A DNA stretch of 64,000 nt from Eremomyces bilateralis CBS 781.70 (Eukaryota), in assembly GCA_010015585.1 (NCBI GenBank), contig ML975167.1; one strand, given 5' to 3'. Numbering within the stretch: position 1 is the stretch's first letter; the number at the start of each line of letters is the position of its first letter. The notes beneath the pieces were generated by a model that was not told the DNA's origin, ran no database searches, and saw only the letters and a program-made list of their open reading frames with translations. Made by a program: the position numbers and the translations under genes. Positions 1 to 13,349 of this stretch are shown here, in pieces.

Positions 1-3000
1 CCTGTTGCGGCTGTTGCCAATTCATTGCCATCCATATTCAATAGTGATCGACACTTGCCTCACACATGAATAATAATGCTAGTGATGTTATTCCGCATTT
101 GTTACACAGTGCATGCCGTTAACGCCGTTGCGCTAAACTCCCAGCTGACTCGTCGTATTTACATGGTAGATGCCGCACGACGGTAAGACCATGAGACATG
201 AAAATAATAAGTGCCGCTTCCTTGAATTTACATGACCACTGATCAAGTGAAGCTCTGCTGGGCTGGACTTCGATTCTTGGGGATAGACAGCATCAAGGAA
301 GTACTTGACATTTAGCGCGTGGAAACTTTCAACGGATCATATGATATTGTATCCATCGTCGACCACGAGAGCCGTTGACGTGGAACCGGAGATGAATTTG
401 CCTTTGTTTGGCTAGTGTCCGCTCTTCAATTTACCGATAGAAATATAACGCAACCTAGGATCGTCAATAGTAGGGATAAGAGATGGGTGTTCGATACAAG
501 TTACAAACGCAGCGAAGATAGATTGAGAGGGAGCCCGGGAGAGTGGGAAACGATTCATTCAACAAAGGACCTCAACTATGAGGCAATAAAAATGCATTTG
601 GTAATCGGAACAAGGAAAAGTATTGGAGATGGGCTGAGGCTTGAAGGGAAGAGATTTTGCTGGCATATTCAAACAACTACCAGTATGATGCCGAAGACTT
701 CGCTTTCCGACCCGCTATGGAGAAGCATTGCGAGATTACGACGGGTACTAGACATACGAATGAGCCCTGATATGTTGCCGTGATCCAGTTCCAATTTCAG
801 ACCGAATTTCGAGATCCGCTGGAGGATGGATATTTAACCGTATCTTCTCCATCCTAAGGACATCTTCCGGGTTGAATATTAATGTTGATAGATTGATGTC
901 ACGCGATGGTCTTCCCAGCGGACATGGGATAGACCCAGGACCCTTTCACGATTCGTGAATCGTGGAGCTATGGAGGCTCTTCGGTGCATACTAATGCAAG
1001 GTCCACCGTCCAACTGCCACCGTCGGTCCACGGGCCATCGAGCCATTTTGCGGCAAGGTTCATAGTTCATAAATCATGCACTGTTTATGAAGATCGTCAT
1101 ACTGCACCGATAGTGGAATATTTGACTACCTAACAGATGCACGCAGCATGACAGCATGATTCGGTAATGATCGTCCCTATTGTAGACATTAAGGTGCGCA
1201 ACCTTGAGGTTGGAACCTGCTTGTTGGAAACTTGGAACTGATCCTTACTTTCACGCATTGCGTCAACATTCAAAAAAGATGATAATATGTGGAATAATGT
1301 GGCCCTCTCAGGATCCTGAAAATACGCAATGATGGAGAACTGCAGAACGAGAGCGAGATGCTGAGATCTGAAAGTGACTGGAGTTTGCATTGGGACTCGG
1401 ATGGACCTTCCAGTGGCACATGCTGACGTGCATTGCGAGACAAAGAAGTATAACCATTCCTGTGGGAATTGGGACGATGGGATCCCACGGGCTGTTTATC
1501 GGTTTATCATGAACGAGGCCCAATTCCCTCTCCCACTCAGTGGGATTGAAGATAAAATGCCACCAAGTTTAAAGTTGGTAGAACGCTTGCCGATCGAGGA
1601 GGCTGTCGAAGGCTCGACCGCCTTAATATTCGATTAGCCGTTTCCCAGTTCCCCTCTTCCTATCTGTTATCTTGTGGTGTGAATACCACCTTTCATGATG
1701 ATACGGGGAAATATTTCCATGTATTGTTCGACAGCGGTGTTCAGTAATACCAAGCTCTTACGAATATCGAGCGAGGGCTCATAATGCGGCCTAAGCCGCA
1801 TTCCATCTGAGAGAACGAAAACGATGAGAACGGCCAGGCTTGAGACTGCAAACCCGTGCTCCACTAGTCAATGCCGATTCCGAACCGGGGAATTTTAGCG
1901 TTCGATACGAGTCTGAATATCTCACTAACCTAAGCTAGGTTGGGACGCTCTCGGCTTCAAGGTCTAACCTCTACCCACTACCCAGTAGTCAATACCCAGT
2001 ACTGCGGACCGCCGCCACAGAGTAACCAAAGCGCGGGATGAGGCGAGGTTAGGCGTGTTTCAACAATTTCTGGTTCAATACGAGAGGGCGGGATTCCATG
2101 ATGTTTGTTAGTGGAGGCGCGGATAGCCTCTGTTGGACTCTTCAGGTGAGGTACCCCCAAAGTTCGGAAATAGGTACGGAATAAGCTCAATGGTTTGAGG
2201 GCTTCTCAGCCATTTTAGTTCGGGTGGACGATCGTCTCTGTGACCCTCCGAGATAGAAAGAGTGAATGTTTTCTCGATGCAGATTAGTACTCTCATTCTC
2301 CTTGTCGGTACATGGAACTAATCGCGCTGGCGGGTAAGGTAGGAGGGTTATTGAGTGATAGATCGCCTCCCGAGATACTCCGCAGTTACTCAGTCATGGA
2401 CAATGAGTACCTGTAAGAATATCAATTAGCAAGGCCCTTAATCCTCAGGCGATGGAGCACCAGCAAGGTTCGGGATACGGGATTTCTAATAAAGGTCGCG
2501 ATATCAGTGTTTCTTGCCTCAATAATAGTATTGTCCTAACCCCAGGCCCCATCATATGTGCTTGGCAAGTGGCAATATTCAATTCCGGCCTCCATGGTTA
2601 AGCCCCATAATTATCTCTCCTTCGACTTTCGAGAGTGGTTCTTGGGACGTGGGAACAGCCTAGCACGACTCAGACCCCAGTACTCACAACAGACCAACAG
2701 ACGGACGCTATGGAGCCCCTGAGGAAGTCGAGTTGGCCTTGCGCGGCTTGCAGGGAGAGAGTCTGGCGTGTGTCTGGCGTGCGAAGGCTGCATGAGGCTG
2801 GATCGGAAAAGTTTAGAGCTGCCGCGTTCTGGGATCGAGCACTAGCCACGGAAAAGCCTCATCAACGCCTCCAATGACGGGTTCTTCGATTTCGCTCGCC
2901 AGATTCCACGGAATCCCGAATCACAATTTAGAGCACATTTTTCGGGAGTGATAATGGATGCGACGACTGCAGATGGCGACCTCGCTTACTGCTCTTCCTG

Positions 3001-5022
3001 GGTTGTTCCTCCCACTATCACGGGAAGGATCCCCCGATCTTTCTCGGGCTGAACTCGCTGCTGGTAGCCTGGTGGGAGGACGGGAGCACTGAGCAGACTG
3101 CCGGACGGAACCTGAACAAAAACGAAGGATACTACTAGTTAGTTAAGCCTCTTAATTACTAGTAGTGAAATAGCTGTTCCTCTAATTCTCGTTCCCGTTG
3201 ACCCTGTAAGACGGAATTATCCCCTGTTCTCGTTATGATTGGTGGGGACTCCCATTTTCCCGCTCGCTCCTGTGCCCCTTTCTTCAGCCGTTCGGATTGT
3301 TCCCTCGCTTCCTTCGCATTCTTTCCACGAGACACAACGGTGGTCAAATTCCTTTGGGTCACTAGTGTAGACATGATCCCTCGATTGATTCGATCAAGTT
3401 TTCAGTGAGAGAAGAGGGCTTCATTTGGGGCCATGTCTGAGTGATCACTCGTCAGCGGCTACAGAATGTCATTGTGGGTGACTCGCAATCCACCATCGCA
3501 CTGTATGCAAGGCCAGATCACAATCGGACGCCGATCGTTGGTTGATTTATGGGAAATGTCTCTTCGCAAGCCTGCAATCACAAGCAAGCGACGATCCCTT
3601 CCCCCCATTTTCAACCAGTCACAATGCTGTGCCATGTGGGGGACACCAAATTGGGGCGTGATGGCACGGCGGAACTGAACAACCTTTTCCACACCCCAAA
3701 CGGCGAGCACACACAGGCAAGGGCTGCTCGTGCTCAGTGCGTCGTTCCAAAAGGTGGTCCGATTGCAGCGCCGTATCAAAGTGGCTTTCTCGTCTCCCTG
3801 TTCCCCGACCATCGACATGGTCCACCCTTGATCCCAGCAATGAGACTCTTTTCGCCTTCGAGTCCCCAAGAGTCCGGCCATGGTGGTTTCCGTGTGGACG
3901 AAGTAAGGATAGCTAATACGGAGTAGACCCTACTGAATTGAGTTGGTTGAAGGATAGTGGTAATACGCCGCAAGAGTCTAGGAGTCTGTGCCAGTGGTTT
4001 AAACCGTCCAGACTCCAGAACCCGCTCCTCCCGTGTCTCCTTCAGATATCTGTTCAAGTATTGCGGGCTGTGTCCAGTGTCACCTTTGCCACGCGTTTTG
4101 TGACTCTTTCCATTTACCATTCCATTCTTTCTGGGAAGAATAAACGGGCACCTAGACCTGCATCGAATTGTACCACTGCGTGGTAGTCACTCGTTCCTTT
4201 CCGACTCTCTCCCTCCGCGAGCATAGCGATATCGAAACTCAGTTCCACCAGTGTCAAGATCCTCGCCAAATCTCAAACAACACCTATTCCTCGCTGCCGG
4301 TTCAAGCACCAAACCAGACATCTTGCCACGCGAGATCTGCTCTCTTTTCTAACGGTTACCGGAGAACCTGCCTTCAGTGCATTATACTGCATTCTTCGTT
4401 CACACGACTGAGGTAAGTCCAGTGATCTGCTTGAGTTTCAGGAAAGATTCAGAGTTGAATCCTAGACCGGGACAAGATTGACCCGGTTGCAGTTTGCTCG
4501 ATATAGACTTCCGAAACGAGACTGGTCCCTTGACGGACAGCCGCATTGAAATCACCACACTCCGAGGACCGCAACATCGAGCATCGAGATCGGGGATGCA
4601 ATAGTGTCAACTCCAAGCGTGCGATTGAATGTGCTGAAAAAAGAAGTGCTGGTGATTCGCACTGGGGAATGTTCCTTGCTTCAAGTCCTGTTTGCCTTAA
4701 TTCGCATTCTTGAAGCGTGCATCCCTCCCTGCTAAGGAAGCCACATTCCTCAGCAAATTCTAGAAGTGCGGGATGCCACGGGAAGATTGCTCGGAATAAT
4801 CACAGACTTGCGCCTACAGCCGTCATAATACCAGTAATTCCTATTCGACTTGGACATTTCCCACGAATTCGTGGACCATTGTGAGGCTGAAACGCTGGGT
4901 ATCTTCGACCAACAGAGCACGATTGTCTCGACGGACAGAATTCGACAACGATATCGAAACGAATGCGCGAAATACAATTTCAATCGAACCCCAGATGAAG
5001 GCATAGCGAAGACTTACTGGTC

Positions 5023-8000
5023 ATGGGCTTGACAGCTGAGAATGATGTGCCAATGGCGGCACAGGACGAACCATTTTACACAACCTGGACTGGGTTCGGA
5101 GACTCAATTGCGCTCCCACAAATTGCTCACGATGGAACGACAGAATCGAGCGCCCTAGTGGCGCCTCTCCAGCTCGCAAAGCAGTTGGTGGACATTCCGC
5201 TTCAAGAACAGACAGTCATCATGTCGGCGGCATCATCGATCAAACTGTCCCGGTCGCCATCTATAAGATCGAACGCACAGATATCACCTCCACCCACCCC
5301 AAAACGATCACGAGAATTATTACCCACGCCTCCGCTGCAACCTGAAAAAGAGCCGACTTTCCACAACTATCTCCGTGCTTTTCACCATTTCCATCCCAGC
5401 TCCACGGTCACCTCAGCTGGAGACGAGTCATCGATAACTGTACCCATTAACCTTGGAGACGTAATCCTCGTTCACTCGGTACATCCGAACGGGTGGGCGG
5501 ACGGGACGCTACTAGCCTCGGGGTCAAGAGGATGGCTACCAACGAACTACTGCGAACCATATGACCATCCGTCCATACGGGCATTGTTGAATGCATTGAC
5601 GCAGCTGTGGGACTTGGTCAGGAGCGCGGAAGAGGAGAACGTCATCTCCCTTTCCCGTCCAGACTATGTGCGGGCTATGATTGCCGGAGTGCGGATATTT
5701 TTGGTGAGTGGAAGTCGAGAAGTGGTTGACCCGGCTGAAGGACTAATTCAATCTCATCTAGGACAAGTCAAATTGTTTAAATCGAGAATCGCCGCTTATT
5801 CAGAGCGACGTTGCTTTACGAAGGCTTCGGAAAGGGCTGCTCGGCGATCTGTCCAGTTTTGTGAAAATCTCCAAGAAATTGCAAACGGTCCTGCAAAGGG
5901 AGTGCACCAACGCAGAGGCTTCCGAGGTCCTAGACCAACTGGTCTTGAAAGGTTCCAAAGTCGTTATTCGTGCCGTTCGCTTTCTTGATGTCCGGAGTCA
6001 AGATGTGCCAATTTTACAGCCCGAATTCGACTTCGGGGATCTAGATCTACATCAAGATGGCGCTCGATTACCCACCCCTCCGATCGATAGCGAAACTCAT
6101 TTGGATCGGGTGGAGGAGCCAAACGGGGACACACCCGGCGCCCTTCCGCAACCGTACGATGGAATTGCTGTTGTGCAACAACCCCTTGATCCGGCCGCGC
6201 ATCCTGCAGGTATCGACCAACAAGTTCTCTGTTCCTCAGCTGCTTCACAATCTCCCTCTGATGCATCTTTCCGCCCCAATAATCGTCCGACTTCAATATC
6301 CCGCCCCCTCTCACAAGTTTTCTCCGCAAAACGCTCGTCGGTCGCCCACCGCCTCTCCTACATCAGCAGAACCAGCACCATCCGCCGCCAGAATCTCGCA
6401 TCTGAGCGATTGGGTGCAGCACATGATTTGTTCCTTGGATTTATTGGATCGTTTATCGGACTTCACCTTCAATCTCGCTCATCGACAGAACTCCTGTCCA
6501 TTACCGAGCAATCAGTGAAGGCTTGCCGTCAACTGCTGCTCGTCGTCGAAGAGGTATGGGAGCGCGATGGACGAAGGTCTCCGAGCCTGGGACTGGCACG
6601 GGAATTTATGCATATGAAACTCATCGAGCTAGTACAAGCGACCAAAGACATGTTTGCGCAGACGACCAGTGGCGAAGAAGTGTTCATGCCGGACCAAGGC
6701 AAGCAGTTGGTGACGGCGGCGACGAGCTGCGTTCGTGCAGCAGGCGATTGCGTCGCGAAGACGAGGGCTGTCATCGAACGGATCGGTGATTTTGAGTTCG
6801 AGCGACCCGGTGAAGGACTGTCCGATGCAATTTTCGGCGCATTATCTCCAGATACGACTGCTGGGGTGCAGCAATGCGCCGTGGCGGAAGCACCTCCACT
6901 GCTGGAAAAACCTCTACCAATGCCTCCTCAACCAAAATCTCGACCTCCACCACCACCGCCAATTCAAGGTCTAGAATCCAAACCTCTACCCCAGCCTCCA
7001 GCAGAGTCTCTCTCACTCGAACCGATCCCCCAACCGTCTCTCGTGGAATCGTCCGAAGCGGTTTCATCACTCGGCTCCCGATCGTCGATCCCTCCATTAT
7101 CCCAACTACCTACTCCACATTTCTCTCCGTCCGAGTTCTCCCCGGATAGCACATCCGCAAGCCCAGATCTCAGTTCCAGCAAGCTTTTTGCAAAGTCTGC
7201 ACGCAGTGAGAGCTTGAACACCTCGGGGGGTGAGACCAACAGCACCTACCCCAGCAGCATCCAAGGCGACGCTGCGAGCATCATCTCCCAGACCTCCACA
7301 CGCGCCACCAGCCCGGATCGTAATGTCCATCAAAACGAGGATGGCCGAATGCTCAGCAGCTTTGGAAGCCTCTCTGAAATCCAATCGGCTGCAAGCGACG
7401 ATCTCGTCGAAGCTCAAATCCTTGAGACCACATATGCTCATGAGCTGATTTACAGCAAAGATGGCCAAATCGCTGGGGGGTCGCTACCGGCGCTGGTCGA
7501 GAAGCTGACTACTCACGACTCCACGCCTGACGCCATGTTCGTCACAACCTTCTATCTCACCTTCCGTCTTTTCACCAATCCGATGGACTTTGTCCACGCT
7601 TTGATCGATCGCTTCGATTATATCGGCAATAGCCAGGATATTGGGCTTCCTGTACGCCTTCGCGTGTACAATGTGTTCAAAGGATGGTTGGAGAGCCACT
7701 GGCAAAGTGAGACCGACTCGGCAGCGCTTGGTGTCATCATCGCCTTCGCCACTGGCAAGCTGCATTCGGCACTTCCCGCTGCAGGCCGCCGTCTTGGTGG
7801 GTTGGCATCCAAGGTGACGGAAGTGCATGCAGGCGCCCTCGTGCCTCGCCACGTATCATCGCTAGGCAAGACGAGTACTTCTGTCACCGTCTTCTCCGCA
7901 GTGGACAATCAGATCCCGAACCCCATTACGAGCAAGACGCAGCTCAATGCACTGAGGAATAGCAAGAACGGTGGTCCTCCTTGCAGTATCCTCGACTTCG

Positions 8001-8899
8001 ACCCTATGGAGCTGGCGCGGCAGTTCACTATTATTGAGTCGCGGATCTTCTGCGCCATTGGTCCGGAAGAGCTCCTTGCGTCCGAATGGACTAAAAAGCA
8101 GGATTCAAAGGCAGTGAACGTCCGTGCCATGTCAACCCTGTCGACCGATCTTGCCAACCTGGTTGCCGACACCATTCTGCAACCGGAGGAACCGAAGAAG
8201 CGCGCCGTCATCCTCAAGCAATGGGTGAAGATCGCGCAGAAGTGCCTCGACCTTAATAACTACGATTCTCTCATGGCGATCATCTGCTCGCTCAACTCCT
8301 CCATGGTCCTCCGCCTCAAGAGGACTTGGGATCTCGTCTCACTCAAAACCAAGACTCGCCTCGAGGAGCTCAAAACCATCGTTGACGTTGGCCGCAACTA
8401 TGCCGTGCTCCGCCAGCGTCTCCAGAACCACGTCGCCCCTTGCATCCCCTTTGTGGGCATCTACCTCACCGACCTGACATTCGTCGACGTTGGCAACCAA
8501 ACCACCCGCCAACTCCCCAGCGATGGCTCCGGTCGCGCCGAAACCTCCGTTATAAACTTCGACAAGCACATGAAGACGGCCAAAATCATCGGGCAACTGC
8601 AGCGCTTCCAGGTGCCGTATCGGCTCGCGGCGGTCCCGGAGATGCAAGACTGGATGGAAACCCAGATCCAGCGGGTGCGGAACAGCGACCAGAGCAACGT
8701 CCAGAGTTACTATCGTCGGTCTCTGCTGTTGGAACCAAGGGAGGTCCCGCAGGTCAATCCGCACCCGACCGCGAGTAAGCATTCCGCGACCGGAAGTGTG
8801 AGCAGCACCAGCATGAAAGAAAACAAGGACAAGTTTGATCTCTTCGGGTCTCTGCATCTGAACTTGTCGAGCTCCTCCAAGGAGAAGCTGAGCAACTAA
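5023..8899 (+). CDS. Ras guanine-nucleotide exchange factor (SH3 + REM/RasGEF_N + CDC25-type RasGEF domain)
   Basis: ORFs 5023-5988 and 5861-8899 join through intron 5704-5761 (GTGAGT...ACTAAT...CTAG). SH3 motif (GDVILVHSVHPNGWADG...RGWLPTNYC), REM motif (GGSLPALVEKLT...FYLTFRLFT) and CDC25 motifs (ELARQFT, LNNYDSLMAI, PCIPFVGIYLTDLTF, INFDK). Start codon uncertain. Confidence 0.92.
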
Positions 8900-9794
8900 T
8901 ACCGTCAACCCTCCTTTATTCGGTAATTTCTTATCCTACATCCCATTTTCTTTTTGCATTTTCCGGATTTGTATCTCTGATGACTCGGGACGAATATGAC
9001 TTTTCTACTTTACAAGGATACCATTTTCACACAACATTTTGCGACCTTTTATTCTTCACCATATCCTTGACCTTCTCTTTGGGCTTTCCCTTTTCACCGC
9101 GCTTCGGGTGGCGCTTTGTATAAATCCCCTATTTCTATCTCGAAAGCAAATGGATGCCTCCGGCATATGGAAGACTGCTTCGGGCGATCGGGGTAAAACC
9201 AATACCTGGTTCTCTTAGGCCATGGACTGAGAGTCTGTTGTGTGCCATTTCGTGGGCGTCAAGCTTGGATACAAAAGGTCCCTGGGTAGGGAATGGAGCA
9301 AATAGGGAGCACCATGGGCAGCCCCCAACATTATAGCTGGGTGTCTTCATTGTTAGCCACTGCTATGGGGGTAAGAATGGTGACTGTATCATAGACTAAA
9401 GAGCGCTCATTCAAATGCAAAATAATTCGCTAATTAAGATTCCCATTTGAGACTATCATTTGGATATGGATATTATTACACCCAAGAACAATAGGGTTGT
9501 GCTTAACCGTGTAGCCTCATCGTGATGCGCATTCCTTCACTTCCTTTAGAAATTGCATCTCCGCGGACCAGTAACTGGCGTCCTGTAAAGGAGACCCAAT
9601 TCAGACCTTGTTATCGTCGATACCTCAACCGCAATCGCCGATCGCTTTTCTCAATCCCTTTCCCGTGCACTAGACGAACTCGAATCGGAGTTTGAAACTA
9701 CCCAGTGTTCATATATGATGGTCTCACCTCGGCCTCGCTGCCGAAGGAAGGATCATGGATCTTGCAGAGACTCATAAGTCACGCTACGAAATTT

Positions 9795-11099
9795 TCACTT
9801 GCCCCATAACTCATACGCTGCCATGTTGAGAGAGGTAGCATCCTTCACGTCGTGGCGTCGATTGAAATGACTGACTGCAGCAGCTTGAATCTTCCGAATT
9901 TCGTGCATCAGAGGAACAATATTCGAGAGACAAAAGAAGAAAAGGGCCGCGTCCTTGGGTGACACTAGAGTATACTCCATAAAGTGCCAATTGCCCCAGT
10001 ACTCTCTAGGAGTATTCGGTCCGTACTCTGGCGGTCCATCGGTGACAACGCAGTCGACTAGAGAGAACCTGCCATCAGCCCAGGGGTCTGGCGACCGTTC
10101 CACTGTTCCGGTTCTGCGATTAAGCAGTCGAGACTGTAAAAGCCACGAATGGTCAAGCATGAGATGACATTGAATTTGAGCGGATCCGAACTTGGATGGG
10201 GCGATGTCACTCCATGGGCCCAATCGGCCGATACGTCTTCGAAGCCCTAAAACGGTCCAAGTCGTAGACTGGATAATATTCAGTGCCTTCTGCGCATCAT
10301 TTGAAGGCTGGGTGGCAGCTACCACCGCATCAATGATGTTAAAACCGCCGTGAGACATTCGCGGAGTGGAGTGTTGGAGGGTTGAGTTCGGTGACCCAAC
10401 CTGGGAAGTGCAGGCTTCGAAAAATGAGTGCAAGTTGTCGTGACGCAACCCTTCGTCGATTTCCTCCTGTTTGGTCCGGTGCTGGCTTGAGGCTGAGTGT
10501 TGCGCTTCTTCTTGGTTTCCAAGTACAGCGAGCACTTCTCGAAAAGAACCTCTTGTATCCGGGAGTGTGAGTACCCTTCTATGGATCTCTTCCAGTCGTT
10601 GTTCGATGGACGCCCCAGGAGACTTAGCCAGTGCTTGAAGGAAGACCCGAAAGATTCCATTTTGTGCAGCGATTCGGTGGCTGAGAAGCTGAATTGGCCT
10701 CGTCGGGAAAACGTATGTGATAGTTCTAGACAGCTGCAGGCCGGAGCTTGAATACTCAACGGCTCGGACCTGGTTCATGATTGTTCTGATATCTTGTAGT
10801 GTATCCTTATAGATGGCTGAGAATATCGTAAAGTCAGCCACCCATTTGGGAGGTATATCGTCCGAGAGTGTTGTAAAGTCGGTCACCCTTTCAGGGGATG
10901 CATCGGCATGGTCGATGGATTGGGCCGTGTTTTTGATCTGAACGAGGCTAGAGTGTAGAGATGTCAGTTTAGTGCCGAGGGTCTGTAGCTCTTCCAGTTC
11001 GCCTTCTTCGACAAGTGACCAAATGCGGACAATGATCCTTGCTGTAAATGTGCAGAGGGACCCAATGGTCAACGTCAACGCTAGTGGATTCGTCGCCAT
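9795..11099 (-). CDS. Hypothetical protein with possible HeLo-like/fungal STAND N-terminal helical domain
   Basis: Uninterrupted 434-aa ORF. The N-terminus MATNPLALTLTIGSLCTFTARII...ELQTLGTKLTSLHSSLVQI resembles the 'MDPLSI..SI..L' start of fungal HeLo-like N-terminal domains. No NTPase motif follows. Confidence 0.55.
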   Translation of the reverse strand: MATNPLALTLTIGSLCTFTARIIVRIWSLVEEGELEELQTLGTKLTSLHSSLVQIKNTAQSIDHADASPERVTDFTTLSDDIPPKWVADFTIFSAIYKDTLQDIRTIMNQVRAVEYSSSGLQLSRTITYVFPTRPIQLLSHRIAAQNGIFRVFLQALAKSPGASIEQRLEEIHRRVLTLPDTRGSFREVLAVLGNQEEAQHSASSQHRTKQEEIDEGLRHDNLHSFFEACTSQVGSPNSTLQHSTPRMSHGGFNIIDAVVAATQPSNDAQKALNIIQSTTWTVLGLRRRIGRLGPWSDIAPSKFGSAQIQCHLMLDHSWLLQSRLLNRRTGTVERSPDPWADGRFSLVDCVVTDGPPEYGPNTPREYWGNWHFMEYTLVSPKDAALFFFCLSNIVPLMHEIRKIQAAAVSHFNRRHDVKDATSLNMAAYELWGK

Positions 11100-11290
11100 T
11101 GAATAGTTGGAAGCGGCGTCAGATTGGGGTTTGAAAAGTGCTAGATATTTCCGGTAGTGATATTCATGTGAGGATGGAAGTTTTGGGCTAACTGAACATT
11201 GCAGTGAAGTACATATATGGCGGGGCAGGGAGGTACATGCCCAAACCAGACACTTCGGTAGAACTGATACGGTACGGTACGGTGTCGGAA

Positions 11291-11330
11291 GGTACGTACG
11301 GTACGTACGGTACGTACGGTACGTATGGTA
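11291..11330. repeat. Tandem repeat (GGTACGTAC)x4
   Basis: ggtacgtac-ggtacgtac-ggtacgtac-ggtacgtat-ggta read directly, preceded by GGTAC units near 11271. Confidence 0.9.
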
Positions 11331-13349
11331 GTTGACGGAACTTTGATTAGGAAAAACAGGTCATTAAGAAAGAACGATCTAGCGTGGTTAGGGATAGAAT
11401 GAAAGTTCAGTCCAACCGTAATCTAGAAATCGGCACCTCTAGATAATACCTGTTGGTACACGTACAGACTTTAACTCTGGCTATAGTGAACAAGATTAGT
11501 GAGCTGAAGACATGACTTGGAGGCCACTTGGTCTAGTGTGGATGTGAGTTATCAGCACACCTTGCTAAGCCTGGGGTGACTGGGAGGACTGAATCTCATG
11601 GTCAACTAGTATTCATTTCTCGGTCCGGGGCACAGTGGAACATAAAGGACAGTTGGATAGCCTCACCGTCCATAAATCCATGGACGTAGCACTCACCAAC
11701 GAACAGGTACCGATCACCACCCTTTCTTATGCAGTAGAGCAGCGTCCCACCAAACAAAAGGCACAAAACATCGTCCACTTGTGCCGTTGGGGGACACAGC
11801 GCATACCATCCTTACGCGCGACCAGGGAGGGTTCTCCCTTTATATGAAGGACAATTGCTAAGTCATCTTGTCCGCAGAGGATTCCGCCATAATGCAGCAA
11901 CGGAATTTGACGAGGGTCGAAGATGGATATTCCAAGACGCGAGTTATCAGACTGATAGAGTCGATCTCCGTTCGATCAAGTTCCTGGTTGATACATATAT
12001 GATCCACCCATGATAGTCTGCAAGGCCGATCAAGTTGACGCAGTTCCCTGAGGGCAACAGTTAAGCTTCCTGTTATTTGAGGGCCTTCCGGTCGAGTATG
12101 ATCGTCTTAGACTAGGTCGAACTGCCCCAGATAGGACTGAGCTCGAAGGGGGTAGGGTTCGATAGGCTAAGCGGCACGAGGCATCCTGTTAGCAGATCGG
12201 AAGGCACGTCGGGTGCGAGATATGGGTGTCCCGTTGAAGCAACATCATCCTCTGGAGTATCTGTATACTGGTATTCATCGAAAGCTATAGGCATGGTAAA
12301 TACCAAGACCGTAACGTTCCCTGATTTGGAAATTGGCACCGGGAGATTGTTTAACATTCCCTTCGCTCTTTTGTATTTTTTCTTTCAACCATTAGGTCAT
12401 TCATTTTGCCTAGATCACTTCAGACCAACGTATGCCGCGCCCCCCGATAGTGTAGCTGCTGGCGTCCGCATGACCATTGTTGGATTAGCATTTAGCGGAG
12501 GTCCTCGATGGATATTATGGAGATACGGTCGGGTATTGGCACCCGGATAGTTAATAAGCCACGATACAATAGCTATCAGTCTACCACCGACTCCGAAGCA
12601 TCTCCATATGTAATTACAACTACAATAACAAAGATCGAGACTGAAGATGGGGAGACACTATTGATGGACACAGGCTGAATAATGTTGGATCACTTGCATG
12701 TGATGACTGATGAGCAGTGAGCTCACTGAGCTGAGGAGGGGCTGACTAAGAACGGAATCCGATCACATGCGAACGCCAGTCTTACTGACAGGGGTGTCGT
12801 CTCGTCTCGTCTCCATCTGTGTCGAGTCTCGATCACAGGGCAATGATCACACCAGCATGTCCGCCTCTTCAACTCCCACTTCATCATCAATACTCTTTGT
12901 ACGGCTTGTGTCCTTCCTACGCCTAAATTTTACCAGTTACTACAATATCGTCCTTTCTCCTTTCATATCCATCCTATTCCTGTTTTCAAGTTGGCAATCG
13001 TCTTGAGTCCCCTTCCAGCAGTCCCTAATCCTGTGTCGTGGACTACCCTCTATTCGGCCTCCTGCGGGGCTGTTGCACCCGAGTCGACTTTATATCCCCA
13101 ATTCATTAAGAGGTGGCAGGACACGGTGTAGTAAGAGAGTGCTTGAGTGCTATACAATCTGAGGGGTGCCTCTCGAATTAAACAAAGAAGAAAGAAAGCC
13201 TGTCTATGGACGACTAACCCTCGATTGATTGAGCGACGCACCATTTCCCCTCCTGGGGAACAACCAGACAACCGAGAATACCTTCGAGTCTTGGTTTTCC
13301 ATTTTTATACGACCTCATAATACGAATCGTCTCCTACCAAATCACCACC

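Noticed and set aside
2600..5000. Many 60-140-aa ORFs upstream of the RasGEF
   Set aside because: No domain signatures; consistent with a long promoter or 5' UTR.
11900..12600. Minus-strand ORF fragments (e.g. 12112-12357)
   Set aside because: Multiple stops and no recognisable family, so even a pseudogene call cannot be supported.
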